Shown: positions 27,954 to 38,988, numbered from the stretch's first letter. The stretch is 64,000 bases of DNA from Patescibacteria group bacterium (GCA_041737595.1 JBGSRK010000014.1:118-64117), one strand, 5' to 3'. Made by a program: numbers and translations. The notes: generated from the sequence alone by a model not told the origin.

Positions 27954-28919
27954 TCAAAAAGGTATATCCTCATTAACTAAATTATCAGAATATGGTGATC
28001 TATAAAGCTCAGTATTTAAATGTTTAATATATTGAGTGTATAAATCTGACCCTAATTCTCCGTGTATATGTTTATAAGCAATATTTAATTTAGAAGATGA
28101 ATTATCTAACGTCCAAACTGCAATAGCCTCTGTGGTTTTTGGTACAACGGGACTTCCATATTCTATTTCCCCATGATGAGAAAGTATAATATGAACAATT
28201 TCATCTAAAAGATCTTCTGGCATATCCTTTGGAGCAGACGAATTAACCTTTTCAGCCCCTAAATATATATGCCCTAAAAGTTTTCCTTTGTTTGTGAAGG
28301 TTATAGCAGTAGAAATCTCAAATTCCATGGCTTTACCTATATCATGTAAAATAATGCCAGCGTTAACTAGATCCATATTAATTTTAGGAAAATGAAATTT
28401 TAATGATTTTGCGGCTTCTAGCATTTCTGTAACATGTTCTATCAAACCACCATAATATCCATGATGAACATATAGACCAGCGGGGCTTTTTTTGTAAATT
28501 TCAATAAAATTTTCAGTAAATACATTCTTGAGTAACAATTTAATGTGAGGGTTTTTTATATCGTTTATGGTTTTATTGACATCCTCCCACATTTTATCTA
28601 TGTCAAATTGAGATCTTTGTTGTAAATCTTCGATTTCATATTTATCTGTGATACTCAGATTGGTAACTCTAAGTTGCGGACCATTAAATTCATCGATAGT
28701 CCCATTAACTAAAACAACTTCACCTTCAGATACAGTGGCACAATTTACAAAATCATCAGACCATATTTTACCCTTAAGAGTGCCCGTTCTATCAGCAAAT
28801 TCAATATCTATATAAGGTTTATTGTTTCTTGAGGCTTTTTTAACATATGACTTAACGGCGAAGGTTTCGCCAAAGATTGAATCACCAATTTTAAAATTTT
28901 CTATAAATATTTTTTTCAT
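27954..28919 (-). CDS. yhaM: YhaM/Cbf1-like 3'-5' exoribonuclease (OB + HD)
   Basis: DRTG OB fold, HHGYYGGLIEH, LHDIGK, SHHG..EYGSP. Confidence 0.85.
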   Translation of the reverse strand: MKKIFIENFKIGDSIFGETFAVKSYVKKASRNNKPYIDIEFADRTGTLKGKIWSDDFVNCATVSEGEVVLVNGTIDEFNGPQLRVTNLSITDKYEIEDLQQRSQFDIDKMWEDVNKTINDIKNPHIKLLLKNVFTENFIEIYKKSPAGLYVHHGYYGGLIEHVTEMLEAAKSLKFHFPKINMDLVNAGIILHDIGKAMEFEISTAITFTNKGKLLGHIYLGAEKVNSSAPKDMPEDLLDEIVHIILSHHGEIEYGSPVVPKTTEAIAVWTLDNSSSKLNIAYKHIHGELGSDLYTQYIKHLNTELYRSPYSDNLVNEDIPF

Positions 28920-29035
28920 TAATAAATGCTCCTAAGTGCAATATACAATATAAACCCTAGAACTACTCCAACAAGAGTTCCAATCGATATAAAAATAAAG
29001 GCATAATCGTTATTTGATTGGTTAGTTTTCTCCAT
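28919..29035 (-). CDS. Small single-TM protein, 38 aa, not in ORF track
   Basis: TAAAAT 6 nt upstream. The stop overlaps the yhaM start (TAATG). Confidence 0.55.
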   Translation of the reverse strand: MEKTNQSNNDYAFIFISIGTLVGVVLGFILYIALRSIY

Positions 29036-29070
29036 GAGTATATTTTATGCTTTTTATAATTACAAATCAA

Positions 29071-30072
29071 TTATTTTGATAGAACACTCTTTTTATAATC
29101 ATCAAGATTTTCAAGAGCAATACCAGTCCCTTTTGCTACACATAAAAGAGCATCTGAAGCAACGTGGCAAGGTATCCCAAGCGCTTTTGTAAATAATCTA
29201 TCAAGATTGCGGAGCAAAGAACCTCCACCAGTCATAACCATTCCACGGTCAATTATATCTGAAGAAAGTTCTGGAGGAGCTTGTTCAAGCACACTTTTAA
29301 TTGCAATGATAATTTTTTCTAAATCATTTTGTATAGCCTCAGTCACTTCATTTGCATTTATTGTTATAGTTTTAGGTAATCCGGCAATCATATCTCGACC
29401 CCTAATTTCAATAGTTTTTTCTTTATCAGATTTTAAAGCAGAACCAATTTCTATTTTGATTTCTTCTGCGGTTTGATCACCAACAGAAAGACCATATTTT
29501 TTTCTAACATATTCACTAATAGCTTGGTCTAGTTTATTCCCACCAATTCGAACAGAATTTGAGGCAACTATCCCCCCAAGAGAAATAATTGCAACTTCAG
29601 TTGTTCCCCCACCAATATCTACAATTAGATTACCTGCAGCCGCATCAATAGGAATATCAGCACCAATAGCAGCAGCAACAGGTTCTGGAATAATATATGC
29701 TTCCTTTGCTCCAGCTTGTTTAGTTGCATCAATTACGGCTCTTTTCTCTGTTGATGTTGCCCCAGCCGGAACGCAAATCATAACCTCTGGTCTAAAAAGT
29801 CTAATTGGCCCAGACACTTTATTAATAAAATATCTAATCATAGCTTCGGTGACACGATAATCCGCAATTACTCCATCTCGAAGAGGTCTATAAGCTGTAA
29901 TTGTGTCAGGAGTACGCCCTACCATTTCTTTTGCTTCTTCACCAATGGCAAGTACTTTATTATCATCAGTAACAGCAACAACGGAAGGTTCGTTAATTAC
30001 AATCCCTTGCTTAGGTAAATATACCAAAACATTAGCTGTCCCCAAATCTATTCCAATTCTTTTTGTTAACAT
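29071..30072 (-). CDS. mreB: Rod shape-determining protein MreB
   Basis: GIDLGTAN, DIGGGTTE, LTGGG-like motif. Confidence 0.96.
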   Translation of the reverse strand: MLTKRIGIDLGTANVLVYLPKQGIVINEPSVVAVTDDNKVLAIGEEAKEMVGRTPDTITAYRPLRDGVIADYRVTEAMIRYFINKVSGPIRLFRPEVMICVPAGATSTEKRAVIDATKQAGAKEAYIIPEPVAAAIGADIPIDAAAGNLIVDIGGGTTEVAIISLGGIVASNSVRIGGNKLDQAISEYVRKKYGLSVGDQTAEEIKIEIGSALKSDKEKTIEIRGRDMIAGLPKTITINANEVTEAIQNDLEKIIIAIKSVLEQAPPELSSDIIDRGMVMTGGGSLLRNLDRLFTKALGIPCHVASDALLCVAKGTGIALENLDDYKKSVLSK

Positions 30073-30099
30073 AGCTCGCTTATTTTAACAGAAAATATT

Positions 30100-30657
30100 C
30101 TAACTTAAAAGTGTCATAAGTGCTTCATATTTTGGTTTTATTATTTTTTTAGATTCAGGAAAATGAAGTTTTTTCCATTTGTTTTCTAGTTTTTTTCTAA
30201 CAGCAACCCTAGCTTCGTCTTGGTCTAAACCTTCATAAATAAATGCGGCCTTAAATATTCCTGAGATATTGTCAAAGTTACTCATTGTATCTGCCTCGGC
30301 AATTATCTTTTCTTCAATTGATTTACGATTATTTTTTATTGAGCCTCTATGATTTAATATACACTTTTTTACTATTTTAATTTTGTTTATTGGATAGTTA
30401 ATATTTAAAAGAAAATCATTAGCAATTTTTGCACCTATAATATGGTGGTCCTTTCTTCCATGCATAATAGAACCAATATCATGAAGCCATGCTGAAATTT
30501 CTATAATTTCTTTATCACCACCCAACTTTTTGGAAAGTTCTAAAGCATATTTTACAACAGGTTTAAAATGAAACTCATATGGCTCATAACCATATTTACT
30601 TGAAGGTTTCATACATTCTTTTTTCACAAAATTACGAACCTGTGAAATATAATTCAT
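30100..30657 (-). CDS. HD-domain protein
   Basis: H...LHDIG...HH...NH...AD. Confidence 0.85.
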   Translation of the reverse strand: MNYISQVRNFVKKECMKPSSKYGYEPYEFHFKPVVKYALELSKKLGGDKEIIEISAWLHDIGSIMHGRKDHHIIGAKIANDFLLNINYPINKIKIVKKCILNHRGSIKNNRKSIEEKIIAEADTMSNFDNISGIFKAAFIYEGLDQDEARVAVRKKLENKWKKLHFPESKKIIKPKYEALMTLLS

Positions 30658-30659
30658 TA

Positions 30660-31922
30660 TTATTCTTCTTTAAGTTTAACTCTTTTAATTTTTGCACCAA
30701 GTGCTCGAAATTTCTGTTCTATATTTTCATATCCTCTGTCGATAATTTCTATTTGATCAAGTCTAGATTCGCCCTGAGCAATTATAGCCGCAATTATTAA
30801 GGTTGCCCCAGCTCGAAGATCAAAACTCGTAATTCTTGTGCCAAAAAGTGGTGTTGGCCCCGTGATAGATGCTTGATGTGCATCTCTCATAACACAGCTT
30901 GCTCCCATTTTTGAAAGTTCAGATATATAACCTAATCGTCCTTCAAAAATTGTTTCATAAATTTCAGAGGTGCCAGTGCTTTGAGTCGCAAGTATAGACA
31001 TAGGTGCTTGTAAATCTGTAGCGAAACCAGGAAATATCTCTGTTCTTATTTTAAAAGACTTAATATCATGAGTAGGAGTTATATGTAAAATATCATCATT
31101 TATTTTATAATTAATCCCACATCGATCAAATTTTGATAAAAGGCTCTCTTGATGTTTTCGAATAAAACCTTCAATTTTTACATCACCCTTTGAGGAGGCG
31201 GCAGCAATAGCAAAAGTCCCAGCCTCTATTTGGTCAGGTATTATTGTATAAGTAATTGCTTTCAGCTTTGTTACACCTGAAATTTTTAAATTATGTGTAC
31301 CAATGCCTTCAATTTTAGCACCAGATTTTACTAAAAAATTACAGAGATCTTGTACATGAGGTTCGGTGGCTGCCATACAAATATCAGTAGTACCTCTGGT
31401 TAAAACAGCAGTAATAATAATATTTTCAGTGCCAGTGACAGAAAATTCTGCACATAGATTAACTCCCCCTAAATTATTACCAGTAATAAAATAGCTATTA
31501 TTTTTTTGGGTTGTGACTGCACCCATTTTTTTTAAAGCAGTTAAGTGTACATCTATTGGCCTTGAGCCAATTAGACAACCCCCGGGGTGTGGAATAGATA
31601 CTTTTTTATTTCTAACTAAAAAAGGCGCGATAAACAAAATTGATGCCCGAAGATTTCTAATCATATCTTTATCTGGATCAGATTTTTTTAAATTAGAATT
31701 ATCTATATTAAGTATATTATTTTCAAAATTTACCTCTGCACCTGATTTTTCTAATATTTTAATCATCGATAATACGTCTTTAATATTTGGAACATTTTTT
31801 ATTGTAACCTTCCCATTAATTAAAGCAGTAGAAGCAATAATTGGAAGAGCAGCATTTTTAGATCCAGATATTTTAACTTTACCTTTTAGTCTTGTTGGTC
31901 CATTGATTACAAATTGTTCCAT
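30660..31922 (-). CDS. murA: UDP-N-acetylglucosamine 1-carboxyvinyltransferase
   Basis: GSKNAALP, GGCLIGSRPID, DLRAGA, RGYE. Confidence 0.95.
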   Translation of the reverse strand: MEQFVINGPTRLKGKVKISGSKNAALPIIASTALINGKVTIKNVPNIKDVLSMIKILEKSGAEVNFENNILNIDNSNLKKSDPDKDMIRNLRASILFIAPFLVRNKKVSIPHPGGCLIGSRPIDVHLTALKKMGAVTTQKNNSYFITGNNLGGVNLCAEFSVTGTENIIITAVLTRGTTDICMAATEPHVQDLCNFLVKSGAKIEGIGTHNLKISGVTKLKAITYTIIPDQIEAGTFAIAAASSKGDVKIEGFIRKHQESLLSKFDRCGINYKINDDILHITPTHDIKSFKIRTEIFPGFATDLQAPMSILATQSTGTSEIYETIFEGRLGYISELSKMGASCVMRDAHQASITGPTPLFGTRITSFDLRAGATLIIAAIIAQGESRLDQIEIIDRGYENIEQKFRALGAKIKRVKLKEE

Positions 31923-31984
31923 GTGAGCTATTATATCTTTTCTTGTGTATAAAATACAGTATTTAAGTTATAATATTTATTGAA

Positions 31985-33391
31985 ATGTCAAAAGGACCAC
32001 ATCCTGCTACTCGATTAATAGTATACCCAGTAATTGCTGTGTGTTTTTTTGTGTTATTTTATTTTTTAGCTCTTTCAGCTACTGGTTATAAACTAGAATT
32101 TAAAAATGGCAAAATTACAACCACAGCAACTGGTATGATTGTTGTTGCTACAAAACCTGGTGCTGCAAAAGTATCAGTTGATAATAAATTAGAAATAAAA
32201 CAAACTCCACTCTTTAGTTTTCTTAATTTAACTATTAAGGGAGTATCTATTGGAGAACATAAAGTTAAAATAGAAAAAGAAGGTTATGAAACATGGGAAG
32301 GAGTTTTTAATGTTAAACCAAAGCTTGTTTCCTGGGTTGATTACATAATTTTGGTACCACAGAATAAGAAAACAACAAATTTTAAACTACCAGGCACAGT
32401 GACAGATACAGTATTGAATGATGGTAAAACCAGGGCTGCCGTTTTAGCAGAAGATACAAAAACAAACTTTAGAACCTATTGGGATATTAATCTTCAAACC
32501 AAAGAAAAACAAAAAATTAGAGAAGAAAAAATATTAACCGGTGAAAAGGTCGATCTAATAACCTATAACTATAATGCATCCCGTCTTCTTATCACAAAGA
32601 CTATAGAAGAGAATAAGTCGAACATTGTTTTAGAATCAAAATTTAATGGTAGTGTGTGGAATATAACGTCTCTATACCAAATGAATTTTAATAGTCTTAA
32701 ATTTTCGCCTAGTGCAAAAAATGAGCTATATGTTTCTAAAGAGAGCAATCTTTATAAACTTGATTATGATAAAAAGAATATGAGTGCCGTTATAGCAAAT
32801 AATGTTATAAATTTTTATACAAATAATAATGATATTTATCTAATTAAAAAAACTGAGGATAATATTGGTCTTTGGAGGCTTAATAATAATCAAAAATTAG
32901 AGATTGTTGTAAAGGTATTGCCGGCTTCAGAGGGATATCAATTTAAACACCTTACAAGTTCTGATTCATTTATTGTACTTTCTGAGAAAGATAAAGAATT
33001 ACTATTATATCAAAAAGATAATAATGGTAACCCTATCTCAAAAAGCATCGCCAGAAATGCAAACCGTTTTTTATTATCTCCTAAAGAAGAAAGAGTATTA
33101 ATCCAAACTGGGAGCGGGGTAAAAATTTATGATATAGAAAAATCTACTTATTTTGATGTGTTGACCGATAAAGTTGTTGATTCTGTTTTGTGGTTAAACG
33201 ATAAAAACAATATAGTATATTCATTTGAGGGTAAATCTTATCTTGTTACATATGATGGTCAATATAATAAATATATTTTTGATAATTTAAAAGGATCACA
33301 AATATATGCAACAACATCTTCTCCTAATATTTATTTATTAAATTCTAATAAAGAAATAAATGATCTTGCGGTTTATAGTTTTGATTTTTAA
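31985..33391 (+). CDS. PEGA-domain membrane-anchored protein
   Basis: N-terminal TM, PEGA (KIEKEGYETW), beta-rich C-terminus. Confidence 0.75.
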   Translation: MSKGPHPATRLIVYPVIAVCFFVLFYFLALSATGYKLEFKNGKITTTATGMIVVATKPGAAKVSVDNKLEIKQTPLFSFLNLTIKGVSIGEHKVKIEKEGYETWEGVFNVKPKLVSWVDYIILVPQNKKTTNFKLPGTVTDTVLNDGKTRAAVLAEDTKTNFRTYWDINLQTKEKQKIREEKILTGEKVDLITYNYNASRLLITKTIEENKSNIVLESKFNGSVWNITSLYQMNFNSLKFSPSAKNELYVSKESNLYKLDYDKKNMSAVIANNVINFYTNNNDIYLIKKTEDNIGLWRLNNNQKLEIVVKVLPASEGYQFKHLTSSDSFIVLSEKDKELLLYQKDNNGNPISKSIARNANRFLLSPKEERVLIQTGSGVKIYDIEKSTYFDVLTDKVVDSVLWLNDKNNIVYSFEGKSYLVTYDGQYNKYIFDNLKGSQIYATTSSPNIYLLNSNKEINDLAVYSFDF

Positions 33392-34389
33392 TAACCAAAT
33401 ATATTTTTAATACTTTTTACTATTTTTGAGATTACTCCACCAATTGAGTTAGAATCGGTTGATGGAAGTAATGAAGATTGATCTACAATCTGTTTTGTTA
33501 CAACCTTAGGTTTGATATATCTAGGTGAAATTTGATCTAATACAACTATAAGTCTACGCCAATTTGTCCCGGCTGGGGTACAAGTCATAAGTGTTAATGT
33601 AGGGGTATCTCCTTGAGCAAGTACACTTATATCTTCTGGTAAAACCTCTTTAACTTCCTTAACTTGGTAAATAAATTTATTCCCCTGATAATAGATTTTT
33701 GCTTGGTCTCCGATGGTAAGTTTAGATAAGTTAACAAAAATATAATTATAATTGCCTTTAATCCACCAAAAATTTGATGAATGGCCAGTTATAAAAGAAT
33801 TTCCAACATGACCCGGTTCAGCTGTCCCAACATAATGGACAACACCTTTTGTTAAATTTTCTTGAATAACAACTTCTTCATTTGATGTAGCCATGATTAT
33901 TGGAGCATCAACATTTATTTTTGGTATGTATAAACGATTATCTGGAGTTACTACTTCACCTTGATCTAAGGGTGCAGATTTCTCCATTGTATATTTTTCA
34001 ACTTCTTGAACGGTAATAATTTTAGCTTTAGTATCATCTGTGGATTTTGCCATTGTAAAGAACATTGGTGCATTAAGTGAAAGCATAAAAATAAGAAACA
34101 AAAACATATAATATATTGAATATCTGAAAATCCATTTATGTTTCCATAAATTAGAAATCTTTTTAAATGGACGATATTCATGAATTCTTAAACCTTCTTT
34201 TTTTGCAATTTTGTTTAAATCTAAAGCCTCAGGATTTATCTCATTTGTACCTGGCTCAATTGACTCTATAGGATTAACCTCACCAATATTATGTCTTTCT
34301 AAAATTTCAAGAAGCTCATCTTCACGATCAGTTTTTTTAAAATGATTTATTAACTTTTCTATTTCTGAAATATTTGGTTCTCTGTTCAC
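33388..34389 (-). CDS. Sortase
   Basis: IPKI, GH, TLMTC and R catalytic residues. Confidence 0.9.
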   Translation of the reverse strand: MNREPNISEIEKLINHFKKTDREDELLEILERHNIGEVNPIESIEPGTNEINPEALDLNKIAKKEGLRIHEYRPFKKISNLWKHKWIFRYSIYYMFLFLIFMLSLNAPMFFTMAKSTDDTKAKIITVQEVEKYTMEKSAPLDQGEVVTPDNRLYIPKINVDAPIIMATSNEEVVIQENLTKGVVHYVGTAEPGHVGNSFITGHSSNFWWIKGNYNYIFVNLSKLTIGDQAKIYYQGNKFIYQVKEVKEVLPEDISVLAQGDTPTLTLMTCTPAGTNWRRLIVVLDQISPRYIKPKVVTKQIVDQSSLLPSTDSNSIGGVISKIVKSIKNIFGY

Positions 34390-34445
34390 TTTTCAAACCC
34401 TCCAAAATACATTATAATCATTAAGTTAATTTAATACAAAGTTTT

Positions 34446-34532
34446 GGGTGAGTGGCGGAACTGGTATACGCGTAGGTCTCAAAAACCTATGGGAGCAATC
34501 CCATGAGGGTTCGATCCCCTCCTCACCCACCA
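34446..34532 (+). tRNA. tRNA-Leu(CAA)
   Basis: GGGTGAG/CTCACCC acceptor, TAGGT-CTCAAAA-ACCTA anticodon arm, long variable arm, CCA. Confidence 0.97.
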
Positions 34533-34570
34533 AAGATCTGAAATCCAACAAGGTTGGATATTAGATCTTT
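34532..34570 (+). terminator. Hairpin after tRNA-Leu
   Basis: AAAGATCTGAAATCCAAC / GTTGGATATTAGATCTTT imperfect inverted repeat. Confidence 0.55.
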
Positions 34571-34581
34571 TATAATTTTAA

Positions 34582-34704
34582 GGATCGAACGGGCGTGAGT
34601 CTACCTGCATTCGGCAGGTTGGAAGCGAAAACTTGAAGCTTTTTGTGTGTAGCGCCCCGGATTGCGAATCGGAGTAAGCAACGATCCCCTCCTCACCCAC
34701 CAAA
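34582..34704 (+). repeat. tRNA-3'-linked structured element, copy 2 (after tRNA-Leu)
   Basis: Ends in an exact 23-bp duplicate of 34512-34534 and carries the shared core at 34657-34678. Confidence 0.85.
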
Positions 34705-34732
34705 TAATTGTTATTAAGTAACGTAGATCGAT

Positions 34733-35617
34733 TTATTCACTAAAGAATTCCTTTGCTTTTTTTATACCATGTTTTTCAAATTCCTCTAACTTATCTTTAT
34801 TGGTCTCAGAGGGTGATAAATAATAATCTGGCAAAATAATATAAATATTTGGTTTAGCATTAATCTTTTTAACCCCGAACATTATGTCTAGGCTTTCATT
34901 TATTTTTTTTGTTTGATGTTTATATTTATTTTTATATTCTTTCCCTAAATTACCACAAAGATGTCTTGATAAAATTCTAAGCCATTCAAAATCAGAAAAT
35001 CTGTGCGTTTTTGGAAAAGTAGCGACAGATATTATGTCTGTGCAACCATCTTTCATAATCTCTTTAATTGGAAAAAGATTCATAACAGTCCCGTCTAAAT
35101 ACTGCTTTCCATTTATTTTAACTAATGGATAATATAAGCCAGGATAAGAACAAGTAGCTTTAATAAGCGACATAAAATTTACAGAATCTTTATTTGTAAA
35201 ATATTCCATATTCCCATTATTTGCATCAGTTACAAATATTTTTAAAATAGTATTTGAATTTTTTATTCTTTCTAGATTAAGGGATTTTTTTTGCATTATA
35301 TCATCACAAAAATAATCTAAATCCATAATATTCCCTGTTAATCGAAGCTTAAGAAATTTTTTTTCTGAAAGATCTTCAGAATATATAGATGTACCGATTT
35401 TTGTTTTTTTGGAAAGTAGATATGACCCAGAACAAGAACCAGAAGAACCACTATAGATATAATCAAAACTATCAGCAAGCCCTAATTCTTCTAAAACTTG
35501 CATTACACCACCACCAAAAACACCTGTCATACCCCCACCTGGTAAAACTAAACCTATAATACGTTTATCATTAGTTGATTTAGCCCTATTAATAAGTAAC
35601 TCTTGAATTTTTTTCAT
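34733..35617 (-). CDS. Patatin-like phospholipase
   Basis: GGGMTG, GSSSG and DG motifs. Confidence 0.88.
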   Translation of the reverse strand: MKKIQELLINRAKSTNDKRIIGLVLPGGGMTGVFGGGVMQVLEELGLADSFDYIYSGSSGSCSGSYLLSKKTKIGTSIYSEDLSEKKFLKLRLTGNIMDLDYFCDDIMQKKSLNLERIKNSNTILKIFVTDANNGNMEYFTNKDSVNFMSLIKATCSYPGLYYPLVKINGKQYLDGTVMNLFPIKEIMKDGCTDIISVATFPKTHRFSDFEWLRILSRHLCGNLGKEYKNKYKHQTKKINESLDIMFGVKKINAKPNIYIILPDYYLSPSETNKDKLEEFEKHGIKKAKEFFSE

Positions 35618-35685
35618 AACATAATTTTATTTAAATTAAGATAATAAGACTAAACATTTTTACGAAATTATTAAAAATAGTTTTT

Positions 35686-36546
35686 TTATATATTTGTACT
35701 ACCATCAATAAACCGGATATCAGCTTTTTCCCCAGGGTTATTATATCCTATTCTATATTTAGTACCTTTTTGTAAAATTACCCTTTTTGTATCAATATCA
35801 ACTTTCATAAAATAATGAGGCAACCCCAAAACATCCCACACTTCAGTAAAAGGTGAAATTGAAATACTCTCCTTGTGCCATCTGTCATTATTTAAGTCTC
35901 TTAAAATAAGTAATATTAATATAATAGTAAAACAAAAAATAACAGCAAGCGAACGGGTAAATATATTAGTATTTAGTATAAATATAGTAGATAAAATAGT
36001 TACAAAAGATAAGCTAATAAGGGTTAACCACTGAACTTTTTCCATTTTATCTTTACCTAAAAGACTTATTTCATTTCTCGTTTTATTAAGTAATACAAGT
36101 GAATCCATTAACTTATTAAAAAGTTCAGGTTTCCCATCTTTTATAAATATTCTCCCCTGGTTTATTGCTTTTTCCAATGTATTAAATTCTAGTTGGAGTT
36201 CGTCTTCATAATTATGTAATTCATATTGCATAGAAGCAATTAAATAATCATCTATTAACTTCCTAAGTTTTTCAGAATAATTTTTATCGATATCAACTGA
36301 AGTAATATAAATAAAGGAAAGTGAGGAAGTTTCTGCTGAAACTAATTTTCTTAAATCTTGAAACCTTGAATACCTCTCAGAAATAGCAAAGGCAGCAATT
36401 ATACCGAATAAAAAAGTACTTATTGTTAATACAATTGTTAAATCTACATTTTGTTCAATATTGGGTAGTAACAAGATAATAGGGGCAAGTATTACAAATG
36501 TAATAATTGAACTTTGCCACGCATATATATAATCAAATTTTTTCAT
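35686..36546 (-). CDS. Membrane protein (DUF4239/bestrophin-like)
   Basis: Four TM helices and a DLN..PF pattern. The family call is tentative. Confidence 0.6.
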   Translation of the reverse strand: MKKFDYIYAWQSSIITFVILAPIILLLPNIEQNVDLTIVLTISTFLFGIIAAFAISERYSRFQDLRKLVSAETSSLSFIYITSVDIDKNYSEKLRKLIDDYLIASMQYELHNYEDELQLEFNTLEKAINQGRIFIKDGKPELFNKLMDSLVLLNKTRNEISLLGKDKMEKVQWLTLISLSFVTILSTIFILNTNIFTRSLAVIFCFTIILILLILRDLNNDRWHKESISISPFTEVWDVLGLPHYFMKVDIDTKRVILQKGTKYRIGYNNPGEKADIRFIDGSTNI

Positions 36547-36606
36547 ATTTTAATTCTACCTAAATTAAGATAATAAGTCCAAGGATCGTTTATTATTTGT
36601 AATTTT

Positions 36607-37551
36607 TTAAATTTTTTCAGCTTTTTTTATTGCCTCTGGTATTTCGCGTAAAATATCTGATGACATGATTCTTTTTTCTATATCTTTCTCGTGTGCTAAA
36701 TTTAGGGCTGAATTCAGCAAAAAAGATGCTGTTGCTGCGGACTCAATTATTTTATCAGGATTTTGCCCAATAAAAGAAGATATTATTGCTGATACAAGTT
36801 CGACAGAAATAATTTCTTTTTTATATTTATTTAGATTGATAATAACTTTTTCATCTTTAACTATAATTTGTTCTGATTCGTTCGCAAAAAATGTAGAATT
36901 AAATTTTTTTGATAAAAATGATAAAATTTCATCCAAATGTTTTTTTATAAAAGATATATTTGGTTTAGTATAATCATTAAATTTTGTAGCATGAAGTATT
37001 TTAAAGATATCATCAACTGATAATATAATTACTAATTCATTTTTAATATTTCTAAAATAATCTATAAGATATTTTTCATCTTCTTTACTTCTTAAAACTT
37101 CAATTCCTTTTATGAAAGCAAAAATTGCATCATCACATATAACGACAGTTTTAGTCGCATTAATAATAACATCCCAAATAAGATGAATAGTCTCCGAATT
37201 CACTGAAATACCTGGCCCAACTAAAATAACATCTGAAGATTTAATTTGTTCTAAAATCATTTCTTTGGATTTTTGTGCAATTGTTCCCCCCGGTGTGGAC
37301 GGCAAAAGTAGTGTCATTTCTTCAGGTAAAAAATCTTTATATAAGTTTTTTAAAATATCTGGGAAACCAAGAGTAATTATTCCGGTCCCTGAACGAAAAA
37401 CAGCTTCACACACCAATGATGCTTTATTAGCACTTCCCCGAGAGCCAGCTAATATAAATATTCGACCACCTTGATTTTTATAATAATGTACTGGTCTCTC
37501 CCAAATTATTTCAGGATAAAGTATATTTTTTTGTATTATTTTTTCAATCAT
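36607..37551 (-). CDS. Divergent NAD(P)HX dehydratase (YjeF C-terminal)
   Basis: KNQGGRIFILAGS, RSGTG, VGPG, DA. Confidence 0.7.
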   Translation of the reverse strand: MIEKIIQKNILYPEIIWERPVHYYKNQGGRIFILAGSRGSANKASLVCEAVFRSGTGIITLGFPDILKNLYKDFLPEEMTLLLPSTPGGTIAQKSKEMILEQIKSSDVILVGPGISVNSETIHLIWDVIINATKTVVICDDAIFAFIKGIEVLRSKEDEKYLIDYFRNIKNELVIILSVDDIFKILHATKFNDYTKPNISFIKKHLDEILSFLSKKFNSTFFANESEQIIVKDEKVIINLNKYKKEIISVELVSAIISSFIGQNPDKIIESAATASFLLNSALNLAHEKDIEKRIMSSDILREIPEAIKKAEKI

Positions 37552-38386
37552 TTCGAAGTTCTTTTAATATATCTAAGCTCATTTTTTCGTCGGTAAATCC
37601 TTTAATATCTGGAGTTTCAATTATTCCACATAAATCACATAATTTTGGATGGTTTACAATATGTTCAAATGTATTTAACCCAATTTTGCCCTTACCTATT
37701 TCTTCGTGACGATCCAGTTTAGAGCCAAGTTCTCCTTTGGAATCATTTAAGTGCATTACAATTAATCTTTCGAGTCCAATAATTTTATCGAATTCATCTA
37801 GAACTTTATCAAATTTAATTGGAGAACTAATATCATAACCAGCTGCAAATATATGACAAGTATCAATACATACTTTAATCTGTTTTGAACCAACTTTTTT
37901 AATTATGTTTGCTATTTCTTTAAAACTTGCTCCCATATGATTACCTGGTCCAGCATCAGTTTCTAATATAATAGGTATATTACTATTAGTTGATTCTAGT
38001 GCTTGTTTTAAGGCCTCTACGACCCTTTCAGTACCTTCTTTTTCACCTTTGCCACCATGAGAACCTATATGTGTAATTATCCCTTTAAAACAGGCTTTAT
38101 CTGCAAGCGTTAATCCAGAAATCAGTGCATTAATAGAGTTCATATATATATGAGGGTTATCGGATGCTAAATTTACTAAATATATCATATGACCAAATAC
38201 TGGCGAAATATTCAAAGTTTTTTGATTTTTACAAAATTCCTTTATTTCTTCTTCTGATCTAATTTTAAAACTCCAACCCCTTGGGTTAGATGTAAATATT
38301 TGAATAGTTTCGCAACCTATTGATTTTCCAGTGTCTAGTGCGTTTGAAAGTTTCCCACCGATTGATACATGTGCTCCAAGCTTCAT
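37544..38386 (-). CDS. nfo: Endonuclease IV
   Basis: GAHVS, DTCHIFAAG, HLNDSK, DRH, ETP. Confidence 0.95.
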   Translation of the reverse strand: MKLGAHVSIGGKLSNALDTGKSIGCETIQIFTSNPRGWSFKIRSEEEIKEFCKNQKTLNISPVFGHMIYLVNLASDNPHIYMNSINALISGLTLADKACFKGIITHIGSHGGKGEKEGTERVVEALKQALESTNSNIPIILETDAGPGNHMGASFKEIANIIKKVGSKQIKVCIDTCHIFAAGYDISSPIKFDKVLDEFDKIIGLERLIVMHLNDSKGELGSKLDRHEEIGKGKIGLNTFEHIVNHPKLCDLCGIIETPDIKGFTDEKMSLDILKELRND

Positions 38387-38478
38387 ATATACATTATAAA
38401 ATTAAAATGCAAAAGTCTAAAGGTAAAAATATCAATTTAAAAAGCTCCCACAAAGAGAGCCTTTTAAATAAAATATTA

Positions 38479-38901
38479 TTATTTTATAAAACCACGAGCA
38501 ATTTTACCAATAACTGGTAGTTCCCATTCCTTATTTTGGTATGCTTTAGTCATTACCATAATCCAGACTACCATATAACCAATCCAGAAAACTGGGATAA
38601 GTAGTGCTGCAAGAGCGCCAATTCCAAAAGTTAATGCCGCAAGAACACTTGCAAGAACAATAATTGCAACATATATAACTACCCCTGCAACGTTTAATAA
38701 AATTGATTGCATTGCTGCAAATTTAACAAATTTATTATCCTTTTCAATTAAAAAGAAGATAAGACCACCTAACCATCCGAATAAATACGCTAAAAGTGCT
38801 GCTACATTTGGTTCTAACCCAGAACCAGTTGCTGCTGCTGCTGCTTTTGGTGCTTCTTTGACCTCTTCTTTTACTTCTTCTGTTTTTACTTCTTCTGCCA
38901 T
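38479..38901 (-). CDS. DUF4870-like membrane protein
   Basis: NVAALLAY...FVKFAAMQS...LPVIG. Confidence 0.75.
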   Translation of the reverse strand: MAEEVKTEEVKEEVKEAPKAAAAATGSGLEPNVAALLAYLFGWLGGLIFFLIEKDNKFVKFAAMQSILLNVAGVVIYVAIIVLASVLAALTFGIGALAALLIPVFWIGYMVVWIMVMTKAYQNKEWELPVIGKIARGFIK

Positions 38902-38988
38902 GATTCCTCCTTTTTATATCCATCGATATTAGGATATTAATTTATAATTATCTATAAACATTTTACGCTTAAATAATTTTAATATCAA

